Shown piece after piece: positions 11,980-25,314 of a stretch of 64,000 nucleotides of DNA (the stretch's first letter is position 1; every line of letters begins with the position of its first letter). Source of the stretch: Sphyrna mokarran (Eukaryota). The stretch lies in NCBI GenBank assembly GCA_024679065.1, contig JAGIQG010000004.1, positions 31,620,001 through 31,684,000 on the forward strand, written 5' to 3'. The position numbers were made by a program, and so were the translations under genes. Under the pieces are notes generated by a model. It worked only from the letters and a program-made list of their open reading frames with translations. It did not search any database and was not told the origin of the DNA.

Positions 11980-12823
11980 TGACTCTAGTGCACCTTACAA
12001 AAATGTTTTGTTTTTTGAAATCATGTTCATTGCAGTTTGTAAGCAGGCCTTTTGGTTTCATTTTAGCATCGACTGCCTGTTTAGAAGTCCTTTTATTATT
12101 GTTTGAATGGTTTAAATTGAGTTTTTTTTTATTTTCACTCTGGGCCTCAGATACCTTCTGGGATTTTTATAATCTTGCATTGTTTGGGGGAAGACTGATT
12201 GATAAGTCAAAGTCAGGTGATTCCCCCCTAGAAGATTCACTTTCAGCTTTGGTTTAGCATCAAATGCTCTCAAGTTGTCAAGTGGAATGCAGGATTTCTC
12301 TCTGTCTCCCTGGTATTGGAAATTCTGCTGGTCAGCTGGAAACAAGGCTTCTTGCCTTCTTGGAGTGAAAATGCTGCCATTGGTGTTTACTAACTGATAC
12401 CTAGAGTCTCTCTTTCCTTGGTGTTTTGAGAAGCTGTTCAGACTTTAAGCTTGTCTGTGTGTGTACCTGCAGCATCCAACCAAAGGACTAAGTTCCAGCA
12501 TCGTGTCAGCATTCATATTTTCAGTGTTAAACCTACGACAAGGGTTTTGTTCGTGGGATTTGTTTGGTTTGAATGGTGTTTAGCCTTATACAAAAATCTT
12601 TTCTTTTCTTGTTTGTAATTGGCAAAAGTTATTGCTAATCTTCTTTTAACATATATTAATTGTATTCTTAAATAAACTTTGCTTGATAAAAGGTCCCTAG
12701 TGGGTCATTTGAATCATACCTGAAGTGAAACATCTCTGCTTATCCTAGCCAAATTCAAATTGCAAAACTTATGATTCAGGAATCTTCATAAAATACTTTG
12801 GAATTCCTGACCTGAATTATAAC
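11980..12823 (+). mobile_element. LTR-like sequence downstream of the Gypsy pol
   Basis: AATAAA at about 12672 followed by a U5-like segment ending ...TTATAACA at 12823. The start is uncertain and no partner LTR was seen. Confidence 0.45.
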
Positions 12824-13744
12824 AATGGAGTATGAACTCCCTCACTGAGTGAGCAGTGGCCCATCAAATAAGCAATGGTGGCTTAAAATCTGCTGCTTCA
12901 AGCCAGAGCAGAATCCTGTAAGATTTTGGGCTTGGACTTGTATGCTGTAAGCTGTAAGATTCAACACTTCTCATTTTGTAAATAAAGGATTGTGATGATG
13001 GAAAACTGGCCTTGGCAAGATTGCTACAATTATATTCCATCCAGTCACATACACACATTCCATGTCCATCTCCACTGCACATCATTATTTTTCAAGGCAT
13101 TTTGTTATTTGCTTGCAGCCAATAGAAATCTAACATCAGAAAAATCACTTTTCAGGAGCTCTCGATAATATAGATTTAATCATAGATTTGGCAGAAAGTC
13201 AAAGTTTCCTTTGGCAATTTGCAAACGCTTTAAAAAGTTAATTTGCAGTACATCAGCTTGTAGGTTGTCACTAATGAGAAGGGACATATTGGACATGTGA
13301 TAGAGAAACATTATAGAAATGTGTCTGCCAATATGTAATAAAATTATGAATATTTTAGTTAAGCACAAGTTTCAATTTTTTCTGTGGTAAACTTGAATCC
13401 AAAGGGTGAAGCCTGCCAGTGTGAAAATATGTTTCAACTTACAATCTTAGGGTTCTGATAAATTCATGAATCAGTCAGGTTTCCTTGAAATACCCTCTAT
13501 CAATCTCTTATTTTTGAAGGTCAATAAGTTTGCTACTAAATGATGAATAATGTTTCTGAGACTTGCAGTCTCCTTGCCAGGCATGTATATTTTGGTACTA
13601 ACTCTTGGCATCACTCCATGGTTCTCCTCAAGCAAAAGCAGTTTCAGATCAATCTATACACATTTGGTAATCCAAAATGGCTATTTGATTTGTTTTAAGA
13701 TGTGTTGCATTTTTGGAGGATTTTTCATGCATGTGATGGAGTGA

Positions 13745-14143
13745 CATGGTTATAATGCTATTGGATTTGTCATCCAGAGGTCTGACTCTTCCAAAGACAT
13801 GAGTTGAAATTCAACCATAACAGCTGGTGAACTTAGATTCAAGTCATTAAAATGAACTGGAATATAAAATTAGTGTCAATGGTGACCATGGAACTATCGG
13901 ATTGTCACTAAAATCCCAAGTAGTTCAATTATATTCATTAGGGGACGAAATCAGCCATGCTTACCCAGTCTGGTCTTACGTAACTCCAGGCTCATGGCAA
14001 TACGGTTGACTCTGAAATAGCCCAGCAAATTGCTCAATTATATTCATGAAGGCAGCTCACCACCAACTTCAAGGGCAATTAAGATTGAGAATAAATGCCT
14101 GTCTTATCATCAATGTCCACATCCTGCAAATGAATAAATAAAA
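13745..14143 (+). mobile_element. tRNA-type SINE (non-V family) with LINE-derived tail
   Basis: Recurrent family in the window (17660-17955 +, 26605-26920 -, 27600-27890 -, 56490-57080 +) sharing GGTGACCATG...GAAGGAAATC...CTCCAGAC...AAGGGCAATTA and the tail of the LINE at 6110-6660. Confidence 0.75.
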
Positions 14144-14960
14144 TGTTCCAAAGAGTAAATCAGACCTAAATGAAGGAGACAAGTATCCCTCCCCAAGGCA
14201 TTAGCATGGAAATTGCTGTTGGCTTCAAGCCTAGAATCTATAATATTGGGAAATTATTGGTCTTGAGTTTCACAAGTGCAGTTTAATGCACATCTTTTGC
14301 CTATTTCTTGCATTACACAGTGTTCCTGGCACATTATCAGCTCCCACTATGATGGAAGACGGTAGTATCAGATACAGCTGCCTGGGAATGATGAAAGAAA
14401 TGTGCTTAAAGAAGCAGCAGAGATTATGATATAGCAGAAGGTATGGGGAAAGAGGAGGCGAGTGGGACTAATCGGATAGCTCTTTCAAAAATCAGTAGTG
14501 AAATAGCTTCATTTTGTGTTGTAAGAATCTTGTCACCTTTTTCTGGTAAGCTCCTGCTCAAGTTTTATATATCTATACAGAATGGTCGGTAACAAAGAAA
14601 CACATCATGACATTCACTTCAGATGGTATTATAGATGTTGGTATGGAGTTACACCAGAAGTGGTGCTTTCACCAACCTGATTCATGCAAATGAAATGGTC
14701 ATCTCATGGGTACTGCAACTTTAAGCAGCTCTGGATGTCACCATGAGGTGGAATCTTAATCTAGACAAAATGTGACAAGGATGTTTGAGGCCACAATATA
14801 TATCTATAAAATGTAACTTGAATGTTCATTCCCTCTATCACCAATGTACTCTGCATGATATACAGGATGCATTGCAGTGAGTTTCTATGATTCTTTGGTA
14901 GCACTTTCCAAACCCACAATCCCTATCATATAGATCAGCAGATGCACACCATCTCAACTT

Positions 14961-16297
14961 AAGAACATAAGAACATAAGAAATAGGAGCAGGAGTAGGCC
15001 ATACAGCCCCTTGAGCCTGCCCCGCCATTCAATAAGATCATGGCTGATCTGTAGTGGTTCAGTACCACTTTCCCGCTTTCTCCCCTTAACCCTTAATTCC
15101 CTTGTCAATTAAAAACCTATCAACTCTTGACTTGAAGATATTCAGTAAGGAAGCCTCCATCACCTCATCAGGCAGAGAATTCCAAAGGTTCACCACCCTC
15201 TGCGTGAAGAAACACCTCTGATCTGAATCGCCTCCCCCAATCTTGAGGCTGTGCCCTCTAGTCCTGCTATCTTTGTTAAGCGGGAAGAGTCTCTCAACCT
15301 CTACCCTATCCATCCCCTTCATTATTTTTAACGTTTCTATAAGATCCCCTCTCAGCTTTCTAAAGTCCAAAGAATACAAACCTAGCCTATTCAGTCTCTC
15401 CCCATAATTCAAAGCCCTCATCTCTGTTATCAGCCTACTGAACCTTCTCTGCACTCCCTCCAAGTCCAATATATCCTTCCTCGAATACGGCGACCAAAAC
15501 TGCACACATTACTCCAGCTACGGCCTCACCAGCACTCTCTACAGCTGCAACAGAACCTACCTACTTTTATATTCTATCCCCCTAGCTATAAAGGACGACA
15601 TTGCATTTGCCTTCTGAATCACTTGCTGCACCTGCATACTGTGTTTTTGCAATTCGTGCATAAGGACCCCCAGGTCCTTCTGCATCATCGCCTGCTGCAG
15701 GTTTTCTCCATTTAAATAATAGCCTTCCTACCATTATTCCTACCAAAGTGGATAACCTCACACTTGCTAACATTATACTCCATCTGCCAGGTCCTCACCC
15801 ACTCACTCAACCTGTCCAGATTCCTTTGCAGGCTTTCCACACCCTCCACACAATTTGCTTTTCCACTCGTCTTCGTGTCATCGGCAAATTTCGTCACCCT
15901 GCACTCTACCCTTCCTCCAAATCATCTATGTAAATGGCAAGTAGTTGAGGCCCCAGCACCGAACCTTTGGGCACTCCACTAGTCACGGCTGCTAATCAGA
16001 ATAGCACCCATTAATACCCTCTGCTTCCTATTAGACGACCGATCCTCTATCCAGTCTAACACCCTACCCCCGACTCCCTGCACCTTAACCTTCTGCAGCA
16101 ATCTTTTGTGAGGCACCTTATCAATCACTTTCTGGAAATCCAAAAACACCACATCCACCGGTTCCCCTCTATCTACTGCACTAATCACTTCCTCATAGAA
16201 CTCTAATAAATTCGTCAAGCACGACTTCCCCTTAATGAATCCGTGCTGCGTCTGCCTGATCAAACCATTCATATCCAGGTGCCTCATTATTTCTGCT
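14961..16297 (-). mobile_element. 5'-truncated CR1 LINE (RT C-terminal half, short 3' UTR), inserted in an older LINE
   Basis: ORFs 15979..16287, 15712..15897 (KFADDTK) and 15086..15505, with a (TTCTTATG)n tail at 14961-14981. The flanks (14830-14960 and 16298-16470) join into an older LINE 3' end. Confidence 0.95.
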
Positions 16298-16636
16298 TTG
16301 ACTACATCATTCTTCCTTCATGACTGAGTCAAAACCACACAACTCAGTGCCCAACAACATTGTGGAACTACCTTTACTGTACAGGTTGCAGTAGTTCATG
16401 AAAGTCTGATTTCATCGCTTCAGATGTAACCAACGACAGTCATTAAATGCTAATTTTGCCAGCCAAACACACAGATGTTAAACTGTTGCAATCTTGTTTG
16501 AACCATATCCTCCTGTGCAGTTGCTCAATCCTTGTCTTTTGAAGGATTATTGCAAGCAATTAGTGATGAATACTCATGGCACTGTTCAAGTGTGTTTGTT
16601 GAAACCGTTATGTTGGGTATGAAAGTTGTTATTGAT

Positions 16637-17488
16637 GTTATGACCAGTTGAGAATGGGGACAAGGATACCTGTTTTTCCTACTCCACTGATCATAACAGG
16701 GCTTTTGGAAATTTATAAGGATAAATTTGCCAATTCAATGCATGTATTGAATTATACATTCAGTATAACTGAATTCAGTATGTACTGATTGCAAAGAATT
16801 CAGTCAGACAGGCTTAAATAAGATTCACCAATAAAAGGAAAAGGTATAAAGAGTTTACTAATGATGAATCCTTTGCTGTTATTCATGGCTGAAGCAGCTC
16901 TTAGAACAGTTGTCCTTGGTTTTATTTTCCTAGAATTGTTGCCTTAGAACTTGAAATTTTCTTTAGAATTTCCTTTATCTGCTGTTCACAATATGACTTA
17001 AGCAAACAGAGTCCAACTTAGCTGTGTGAGAGAGAGAGAGAGAGAGACAGAGGGGCAAGAAATCATTTTGCTGCTTTCAGATGATCTTTCTCTAGAGTGC
17101 CTTAAAGCCAGCATTAAAGAATTTAGAATTAAAATTCAAAATCAAAGTGTTTGGTTGTGTGATAGCTCACTATCAATCTGAGATGGAAAACAATCAATAG
17201 TTATTCATGTTAATAAAGGGATTTCCACCTCCCATGGTCAAAGCCACCAACATATCAATAAAGGAAGATTTCTCCTTTGTTACCTGATAACTCTGCAGAC
17301 ATGCTGGAAGAGCACAATCTTAGCCTCCATTGAGTTATCAACTTTAGATTTTGACTTTTCTTATTTTAAATCACCTTTTTAAACATCCCATACATGTATT
17401 GTCTCAATGCAAACCCCACCTCCCTTCCCATCAGACTATCTGTCTTCTGGTCCCAAAGCTGTTCAACATGGTTTTTATAATTCTAACA
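16637..17488. mobile_element. Possible solo LTR-like element containing a (GA)n tract
   Basis: TGTTA...TAACA inverted termini and (GA)n at 17028-17046. No clean target-site duplication. Confidence 0.35.
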
Positions 17489-17504
17489 TATTCTCCCTTG
17501 CTTC

Positions 17505-17650
17505 CATTCTGATGAAGAGTCAAAGGACTTGAAATGGGGAAAATGTGCAAATTCCACACAGATAATCCTTGAAATGACCGACCTACTGATTTTACCTGAT
17601 GACCTTTGTTCCTGTTTCAGATTCCAGCATCTGCAGCATTTTGATTATTT
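17505..17650 (+). mobile_element. Penelope-like pLTR remnant (family A) with hammerhead core
   Basis: CTGATGA-A-GAGTC-AAAG-GACTT-GAAA at 17509-17534, followed by the family end TTTCAGATTCCAGCATCTGCAG. Confidence 0.75.
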
Positions 17651-17659
17651 TCATAATCC

Positions 17660-17955
17660 AGAGATTTGGGGTAAAATTTTGTGGACCATAATTCAATCTC
17701 ACCATGGCAAATGTTAAACTTTCAATTCATTAAAGATCTGGAATTAAATTTAATGATAATCACGAAACCATTGATGATTATTCCAAATGCACAACCTTAC
17801 CTGGTCTAGTTTATATGCAACTCCAGATTCACAGTAATGTTGTTGACTCTTAAATGCACTCTGAAATAGCCTAGCAAGTCATTCAGTTTATGGATGGTCT
17901 ATATACACTGGCCAATCCTGCGAAGCCCACGTCCCATGAAAGAGTAATAAAACAA
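17660..17955 (+). mobile_element. tRNA-type SINE (non-V family)
   Basis: Similar to 13745-14143. Confidence 0.65.
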
Positions 17956-18312
17956 AATGTTTTTTTGTAATCTAGTTATGGAAACTTGACCAATTTGCAG
18001 ACCCAAATATCAGGTGGCAGCCATCCTTTTCAACTTTTGTTTTAACATTTATTTTAACTTTTGAAACTGCTCTTTTGAAAAATATAAATGTGAGGCCAAC
18101 AGATAAAATTGAAATTTAATATTTGACATCTAACTTCTGTAACACTATGATTTGATTCTGTGATTAAAGGAGGTTGTGAGGCTGTTGCTTGGTGTGTTCA
18201 CCTACCACTACTCGTTAACTTAAGCAATCACCTTCATGCATCACTTTCCTCCCATTTCAGTCTGTGTAATACTGTGCCTGTCAATTTTAGACTTTTGGAA
18301 CTGTAACTGTAG

Positions 18313-18532
18313 ATGGGATTCTCCCAACTCACCATGTTGTATTTTCAGTGGCAGAGGATGGCTACTAGGTCACTGATGGGATCTTCCAATCCTGCCGATG
18401 TCTATGGTGTTTTGTGTGGGTCATTCTTCCCACTGCAACTGCTGAAGCAGTGGGGGGTGGGGGTTGCGATGGTGTCACCTTTGGCAGGTTTGAAAGATCT
18501 TGTTAGTGAGAAGGGGTGGAAAATCCCATCCA
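18313..18532. mobile_element. Harbinger-type MITE
   Basis: Inverted ends GATGGGATTCTCC...GGAAAATCCCATC with an internal TIR-like repeat. Confidence 0.6.
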
Positions 18533-19252
18533 ATGTGTCCGTGCAACAATCCATAATAAAATTACCAGGATGTTAAAGGACCTGCCCTTAATTGAAATAA
18601 AAGTCTGGTTTCACAGTTGCCCACATCCTCAATGCTATTACTTCTAACAACATTGATGACAAATTTCACAAAAGGTTTCAATGGTTTAAAGTATTTCAAG
18701 CTATCTCCTGTTTGTGTCTGATAGCAATCATCAAATGCTATTTTGCCAATAGAACAAAGCAATTGAAAGTGGATAAAGCTGTGTCAAAGTTATACAGTTT
18801 CAGAAGCATACTGCATGATACTAATGAAAGATACAAATAATTTTTCTGAATTTAAGGATCATTGCTGTGAGCACAGTTTGTTATTGCACTCCCTAATTGT
18901 AACTATAACCGACATGATAATATCGCCATTAAAATGAAGCAGTCTCACACTGACACAGTGTAACCAGAGTGCAATGAGTTTAGTTCCCCATGGTCAATCT
19001 CACAGCATTTCCCTACTTTTCCCATTAATCCTTATAGACAGCATAGGAACCCAGCCTTCACTGGGCACACTTTTAGAAGCATAACTGAATGGGGAAGGAG
19101 CAAGAAATTGTGAAATGATCAGTCTGATGGAGGTGCATTCAAAATCTAAATGAATGCAGCATGTGGCAGCCATTCCTTTCAAAAGCTGCAGAAATTTTAT
19201 ATGTATTTATCAATTTCTCATAAGGCTGTATGGAGCAAAATAAATGGTTAGA

Positions 19253-19570
19253 GGGCAGCACAATGGCACAGTTGTTAGCAATGTTGTCTCACGGTGCCAG
19301 GGGCACGGGTTCAATTCTCCTTGGGGAACTGTTTGTGTGGAATTACACATTCCCCCCATGTCTGTGTGGGTTTCCTCCGGGTGCTCCAGTTCCCTCCCAC
19401 AATCCAAAGATGCGCAGATTAGCTTGATTAGCCATATACATTGCCTCTTAGCATCAGGGGGATTAGGACTATAAATATGTAAGGTTATGGCATTGGGACC
19501 TAGGTGGGATTGTTGTCAGTGCAGGATTGATGGGCCAAATGGCCTCTTCCTGTACTGTAGCTTCTATGAA
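19253..19570 (+). mobile_element. HE1-type V-SINE (CR1 tail)
   Basis: Head GGGCAGCACAATGGCACAG, B box GGTTCAATTC, V-domain and CR1 tail. Confidence 0.88.
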
Positions 19571-20179
19571 AATGTAAATTTGGAGGCAGAAATTGCAATC
19601 TGTTGCCTTGTGGTAAAATATCAGCATTCAAATCACCTCTTTGGTGACTTTTCATTGTAGCAATAAATTCATTCAGTGGCCATGGTTAGGACTCAAGCTA
19701 GATGAAATCAGAATTTCGATCTAAGCTTAACGAAATGCAAATATTGGAAATCTTGTCACTTGTCTGCAAAACTTGAGGGAGCAGAAAAGCTCCTTTCAAA
19801 TAATCATGGACTTTGTAACCTGTTCACTTAGATATGACAGTCAATTATTTTCTGAATGTGGTTGACAGATACTTATATCCACAAATTCTAGAAATATTTA
19901 AGGAACTGAACTGCTTAAATCTCAAGGGTTGTTTTTAATGTGGAGTGGAAATTTGTTGGTGGGAGTATGGGACAGACATCAAGGCCCATGGTGTTGCTGT
20001 TGGCATCAGGCCTAAGCCATTTTAACTTCTTTCCTCATAAGCATTTGGAGAATAGGCTGTCCTCCCAATGCCTGAAAAACCAAGCCATCCCCATGCTACT
20101 TTCTATGTAATTCTTGAGGCTATTTTAAAGCAGGAATACAATTCTCAAACAGTAAGTTTGTATCTTCTGTTTTTATTTC

Positions 20180-20430
20180 TTATTGAACAACAGAGATGAA
20201 TATACCGGCAATCCTCTGCTATAAGATGCCGAATTGGATGTTCTAAAGGGGGAGTTGAGACCAAGTAGAGAGATATCTTTCCCGACCTCCAAAGATGATG
20301 TTCAATGATACTTTGAAGCAATGCTGGACAGAGATGATTGAAAGGGCCAGTGTTAAAAAAACTTAAACCTCAGAACCTAGACTTAGTGGAGAAAGAGGTT
20401 TAATGACTTTGTAAGAACAAGATGGGTAAA
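20180..20430 (+). pseudogene. Probable Harbinger Myb/SANT-like ORF remnant
   Basis: Decayed reading DAELDVL...RDIFP...VEKEV*-L resembles Harbinger DNA-binding proteins. A related remnant (RRQILYP...CKMFQGL) lies at 31050-31230. Confidence 0.45.
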
Positions 20431-20519
20431 CACATTTCTTCACCTTTTCACCTTGTCAGTGGCTCCATTCATCCTCAACTGCACTTCCATGTCTGTCTCT
20501 ACAATTTGCTTATTTGGAT

Positions 20520-21420
20520 CTTTTTTTCACATATTTATGGGAAGTGAACACTGAGGGCAAGGCCAGAAGTTACTGTCCATTGTTAATCATTTGTGAGAAA
20601 ATGGTGGTGGTAGACCTCCTTCTTGAACTACATAGGCCTAGTGCTCTAAGCATATCCACAGTGGTTTTAGGGTGGGACTTCCAAGATTATGACTCAGTGA
20701 CAATGAAGGAAAAGTGATATATTTCCAGTTCAGGATGGTGTGTGACTTGAAGGGGAACAAATGAATGTTTAAGGTAGTAGAGTGGGGTGACAGTAAAATG
20801 GGCTATTTAGTCATTAATCGTGTCAAGCTTTCTGAGTGTTGTTAGAGCCACCCTCATTCAAACAAGTAGAAAGTATTCCATCACACTCCCAATTTGTATC
20901 TTGGAAATGGTGGATAAGTTCTGAGAAGGTTAGTTACACACTGCAGTATACCTAACCTCTGACTTATTCTTGTAGTGACAATGTTTATGTAACTGGTCCT
21001 GTGAAGTTTCTGGTGAATGATAACCCCATAGGATGTTGATGGCTAATTAAGTGGTAATGCTAACATGTTCCAAGGGGAGATGCTTAGGCTTTCACCTGCT
21101 GGAGATCATCATTGTCTGTGCTGTGAAAACATAACTTGTCACTTATTAGCCCAAACTTTTTCCAGGTCTTGCTGCAGGCAAACACAGACTGCTTCAGTAC
21201 CTGAGGAGTTATGAATGGGGCTGAATACAATGCAATCATCCGCAAAACCCCAATTCAGATGTTAGGATGAATGAAGTACACAAAGATGGTTGGACCTAGG
21301 ACACTACTCCTGAGGAACTCCTGCAACAAAGTCCTGGGACCTGAGATGATTGACCTGAACAATCTTCCCTTGTGCTAGGTATGATTCCAGACAATGAGGA
21401 GTTTTCCTTCATAATTTCCA
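20520..21420 (-). mobile_element. Old LINE 3' portion (same family as 6110-6660)
   Basis: Antisense match to the tail and RT C-terminal region of that family. Confidence 0.7.
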
Positions 21421-21460
21421 TTAGCTTTAATTCGACCATAAATTGCTCATGTCACATATT

Positions 21461-21590
21461 AGGGGGAATTTTCCTGCCCCACCTGCCTCAGGAATTGTAT
21501 CAGTGTGATGGGGTGGGAGGGTGGAGGGAAGATAGAAATGGGCCATGCAAATGTCTGTTGACTTTGGGCAGGATTTTCCAGTTTTGGGAC
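21461..21590. mobile_element. Harbinger-type MITE truncated by a CR1 insertion
   Basis: GGGGGAATTTTCC start and internal GTTGACTTTGGGCAGGATTTTCC. The last 25-30 bp and the second TIR are missing. Confidence 0.6.
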
Positions 21591-21592
21591 GA

Positions 21593-22651
21593 CATAGAAC
21601 ATAGAACATTACAGCACAGAACAGGCCCTTCGGCCTTCGATGTTGCGCCAACCAATTAACGAAAAGCAATGACCCTCTAACCTAAACCATTTCCTTTTCA
21701 TCCATAAACTTATCTACTAACCTCTTAAACGCCACCAAACTTGGCACATCTACAACTGACGCAGGCAGGGCATTCCATACCCTTACCACCCTCTGGGTAA
21801 AGAACCTACCTCTGACATTCGTCCTATAACTACCACCCCTTAATTTAAAGCTATGTCCCCTCGTGCTAGCTTTCTCCATCCTAGGAAAAAGGCTATCACT
21901 GTCCACCCTATCTAAACCTCTAATCATCTTATATGTTTCAATAAGGTCTCCTCTTAGCCGCCTCCTTTCTAACGAAAACAACCTCAAATCCCTCAGCCTC
22001 TCTTCATAAGACCTGCCCTCCATACCAGGCAACATCCTGGTAAACCTCCTCTGTACCCTCTCCAATGCCTCCACATCTTTCTTATAATGTGGGGACCAGA
22101 ACTGCACACAATACTCCAAGTGCGGCCGCACTAGAGTTTTGTACAGTTGCAACATGACGTTGCGGCTCCGAAATTCAATCCCCCTACCAATAAAAGCTAA
22201 GACTCCGTATGCCTTCTTAACAACCTTATCGACTTGATTGCCAACTTTCAGGGATCTATGCACATATACACCAAGATCCCTCTGTTCATCAACACTATTA
22301 AGAGTCCTACCATTAGCCCTATACTCTACACATTTGTTATTCCTGCCAAAGTGAATTACCTCACACTTTTCCACATTAAACTCCATTTGCCACCTCTCGG
22401 CCCAGCTCTGCAACTTGTCCAAGTCTCTCTGCAAACTATAACACCCCTCTTCACTATCTACCACTCCACCGACTTTAGTGTCATCTGCAAATTTACTAAT
22501 CCATCCTTCAATACCCTCATCCAGATCATTTATAAAAATTACAAACAGCAGGGGCCCCAAAACAGATTCCTGAGGTATACCACTAGTAACCGAACTCCAC
22601 GATAAATAATTTCCATCAGCCCGAACTCCATGATGAATAATTTCCATCAAC
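21593..22651 (-). mobile_element. Young 5'-truncated CR1 with uninterrupted ORF2 C-terminus
   Basis: ORF 21682..22653 (SGIPQESVLGP, KFADDTK, RPHLEYC), short 3' UTR and (TTCTATG)n tail. Confidence 0.97.
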
Positions 22652-22879
22652 ATACATGGAACTTATGAGGAACTTACATGGATTCTCTATCTGTAAACTA
22701 ATCAGGATTTTAATTGCTCACCAATTTTTGTTCCAAAACTGCATCCGTGAATTAAATTTCTGCTTGCCAATTGCAGAATGAGAATTAATTTTTGTTAATA
22801 GAAAGGGAAGAAATCTATGGCAGGAATTTCTTGGTGAGGGCCAGAGGAAATGTATCATTTTGGCTTTGATCCTCTTGCC

Positions 22880-22998
22880 TGTTGTGATCAGTTGTCAGAA
22901 AAGACACAGTAGCATCTGATGAAACATCACAGCCTGGTTTCTCTCACACTAATACTGCCAGACCTGCTGAGTGTTTCCATCATTTTGTTTTTTTTTTG
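22880..22998 (+). mobile_element. Penelope-like pLTR remnant (family A)
   Basis: CTGATGAAA followed by CTGCCAGACCTGCTGAGTGTTTCCATCATTTT, matching the arms at 27980-28178. Confidence 0.6.
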
Positions 22999-25314
22999 TG
23001 TCTAATGATACGATGATCACTATTGCCCAGATATTGGATAGACCATATTGAGATAATTAACATCCTGGAATCATGGTTGAGACCAAAGGCCAACAGATTT
23101 GTTTTCCTTTGTATTTTCCTTGACAGGTTGAGTAAGAACAGCAAATATTTGTCTTTCTCCTCTCAGGGTCCTGCTTATGGAGGCCAATATTATATTCTCA
23201 GGGATTGACTTTGGATGACTATCTCCGAACCTGGGCTATTTCAGATGATTAACTGGCTTCTAAATTCAGTTCATAGGTGTTTATCTGGGTCCTTGTTCCA
23301 TTGGATTTCTACTCTGTGGACTTTCAAATGCATGTTTTCGGACCCACACTGAAAGTAGTAGTTGCATCTGTTAAAGAACTTCTTTAAAATCCAGAATAAT
23401 ACTTAGATGACCTCTCTTGATGCAACAGTAACAATTTCTGGCTATTACTTATAGAAATTATCTTTATTCATCGAGCCCTCATCAAAATGAAAAGCAATTG
23501 GGAATTAGCTTGACAGAGAAAAATTGACAGCCATCTAAGGCAAGTTGTTAAGAACCAACCTAATAGCATAGGAAGGGAGCAGCAAAATTTAGTAACAGTT
23601 TTAAATATCATTCATTGTTAGTGCTGACACCAATAATATTTGAATTATTACAGATATAAAGTTATAACTTTCACAATCTATTTATTGAAAAATCAGTGTC
23701 TTTATGACTAATTCATCTCCACTGGATAAGGCCCATTAGCTGTTGTGTTGTTGAAGAAGGAATGGATTGGATCGCCATTCGTAATGATGAGGAAATTGAC
23801 AATTTTCTTGATGCACAATTAAACATGGAAATCCAAATGTTGCTATCTGAACGAGTTTATGCTTTTCTATCAAGTTGAAATCTTTGAACAGATGATATCT
23901 TTCACTTTTTCGCTATTAACCTCACTATAAAAGCTGTTGGAAAAGTTATACCTTGTAGAGTAGGGAATTAGTTAGTTTTAAATGGTGTACTACTCTATAC
24001 TTATTGCTGAACAGCCTCACTAGCCCTGAAAGACTAATGTATTTGTAGAATGACCAGCTCTATTCTAATAAAAAGATTCCACATATTTTTGAAACAATAT
24101 TTTTGAAATTTTGCTTGTTATGTTTTAATATTGTATGCACATCTCAAACATTTATTTCCCTCTTTGCAAATTTAAATTAAAATTTAAGAGTTTTATGTTA
24201 CTTTTGCTTCCTGGTTTGCTCTCTGTGGGAGTACTTCAATATTATTGGTTGTTTATCTTGCTTGAGGGCACCACTGTGGTAGGTTCTTGGAGATTCCCTT
24301 ATCTTAGTGCCAGACTCAAGCTTGCTTAGAGAAAAGGGAAACACGCGTCACAAAGATTGCTGGATATTTGTGGGAGTTTTCTTTGAAGTCAATAACAAAT
24401 GCCACTGTTTTGCCACTGACCATGAAATCTGGGTGGTTAAGGTGTAAATTAAATCAGTCAAGGGAATATCTAACTAACCCCTGTGGGAACAGAATCATTC
24501 ATTTACAAATGAGTCAATCAAAAGTAATTTAAATTCAAAACAAGTCCACAATGAAGTGGTGCAAAAATAATTGGAAGTGATATGTTAACAGGCGTTGTGC
24601 TATAAATCTTTCAATGCATTTGATTAACTTTTGTCGGTTGAACTGAAAGATTATTTTTTGACCAGATGTAAAGATTGTTTGCATTTCTAATTGCAAACAA
24701 CATTAACAGCTAATGTAAATAAAAATTCTAAAGAAGCAATAATCGGCTGAAGTCTTCAAATAATTAATTTCTTGAAAAGCCTTAATGCAATTTGTTAGAT
24801 TTAATTACGTGGATTATTGTTATGGTTAGATGCCTTTTCTTAAGCAAAAACCTATTGAAATTAGACCAGAGTTCATCAGTTCTTTCTCTCGTGCTTCCTT
24901 TAATTTCAACTCATCTCATGCTTTGTGCTAAAATAGTAAATTCAACAATGAATCCACTTAGATTGTGAGTTGTGTAACATGCAAAAGATTATCTTGCATC
25001 TCAAAATGTGACCTTTTTTAATTAAGAAAGAAGAACCTAAGGATAGGGAATCAATACATGACTAGAACCAATTAAAAACACAGCTAATTGCAGATGCAGT
25101 TTTAAATGGATTGACTAAGTAGCTGTCAATATTAACATCTTCTGCCAAGTAAATTATGCAGAATACCTGAAAAGAAATTCTTAAAGGGTCTTTTCCACAT
25201 GGTTGCATATTCCCTCCTTCAAAAATACTTCAGCTACAACATGAAAACAATGGTGATAATTTCAGTATTAGGAAGAAGTGCAGTATAATTAGACAACTGA
25301 GGAATGTATGTCTC

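Noticed and set aside
23100-23340. Two strong splice-acceptor-like sites (TTTTCCTTGACAG, TTTCTCCTCTCAG) as a host exon
   Set aside because: All three frames downstream of the second acceptor hit stops within about 90 nt and no convincing donor follows. A non-coding exon cannot be excluded.
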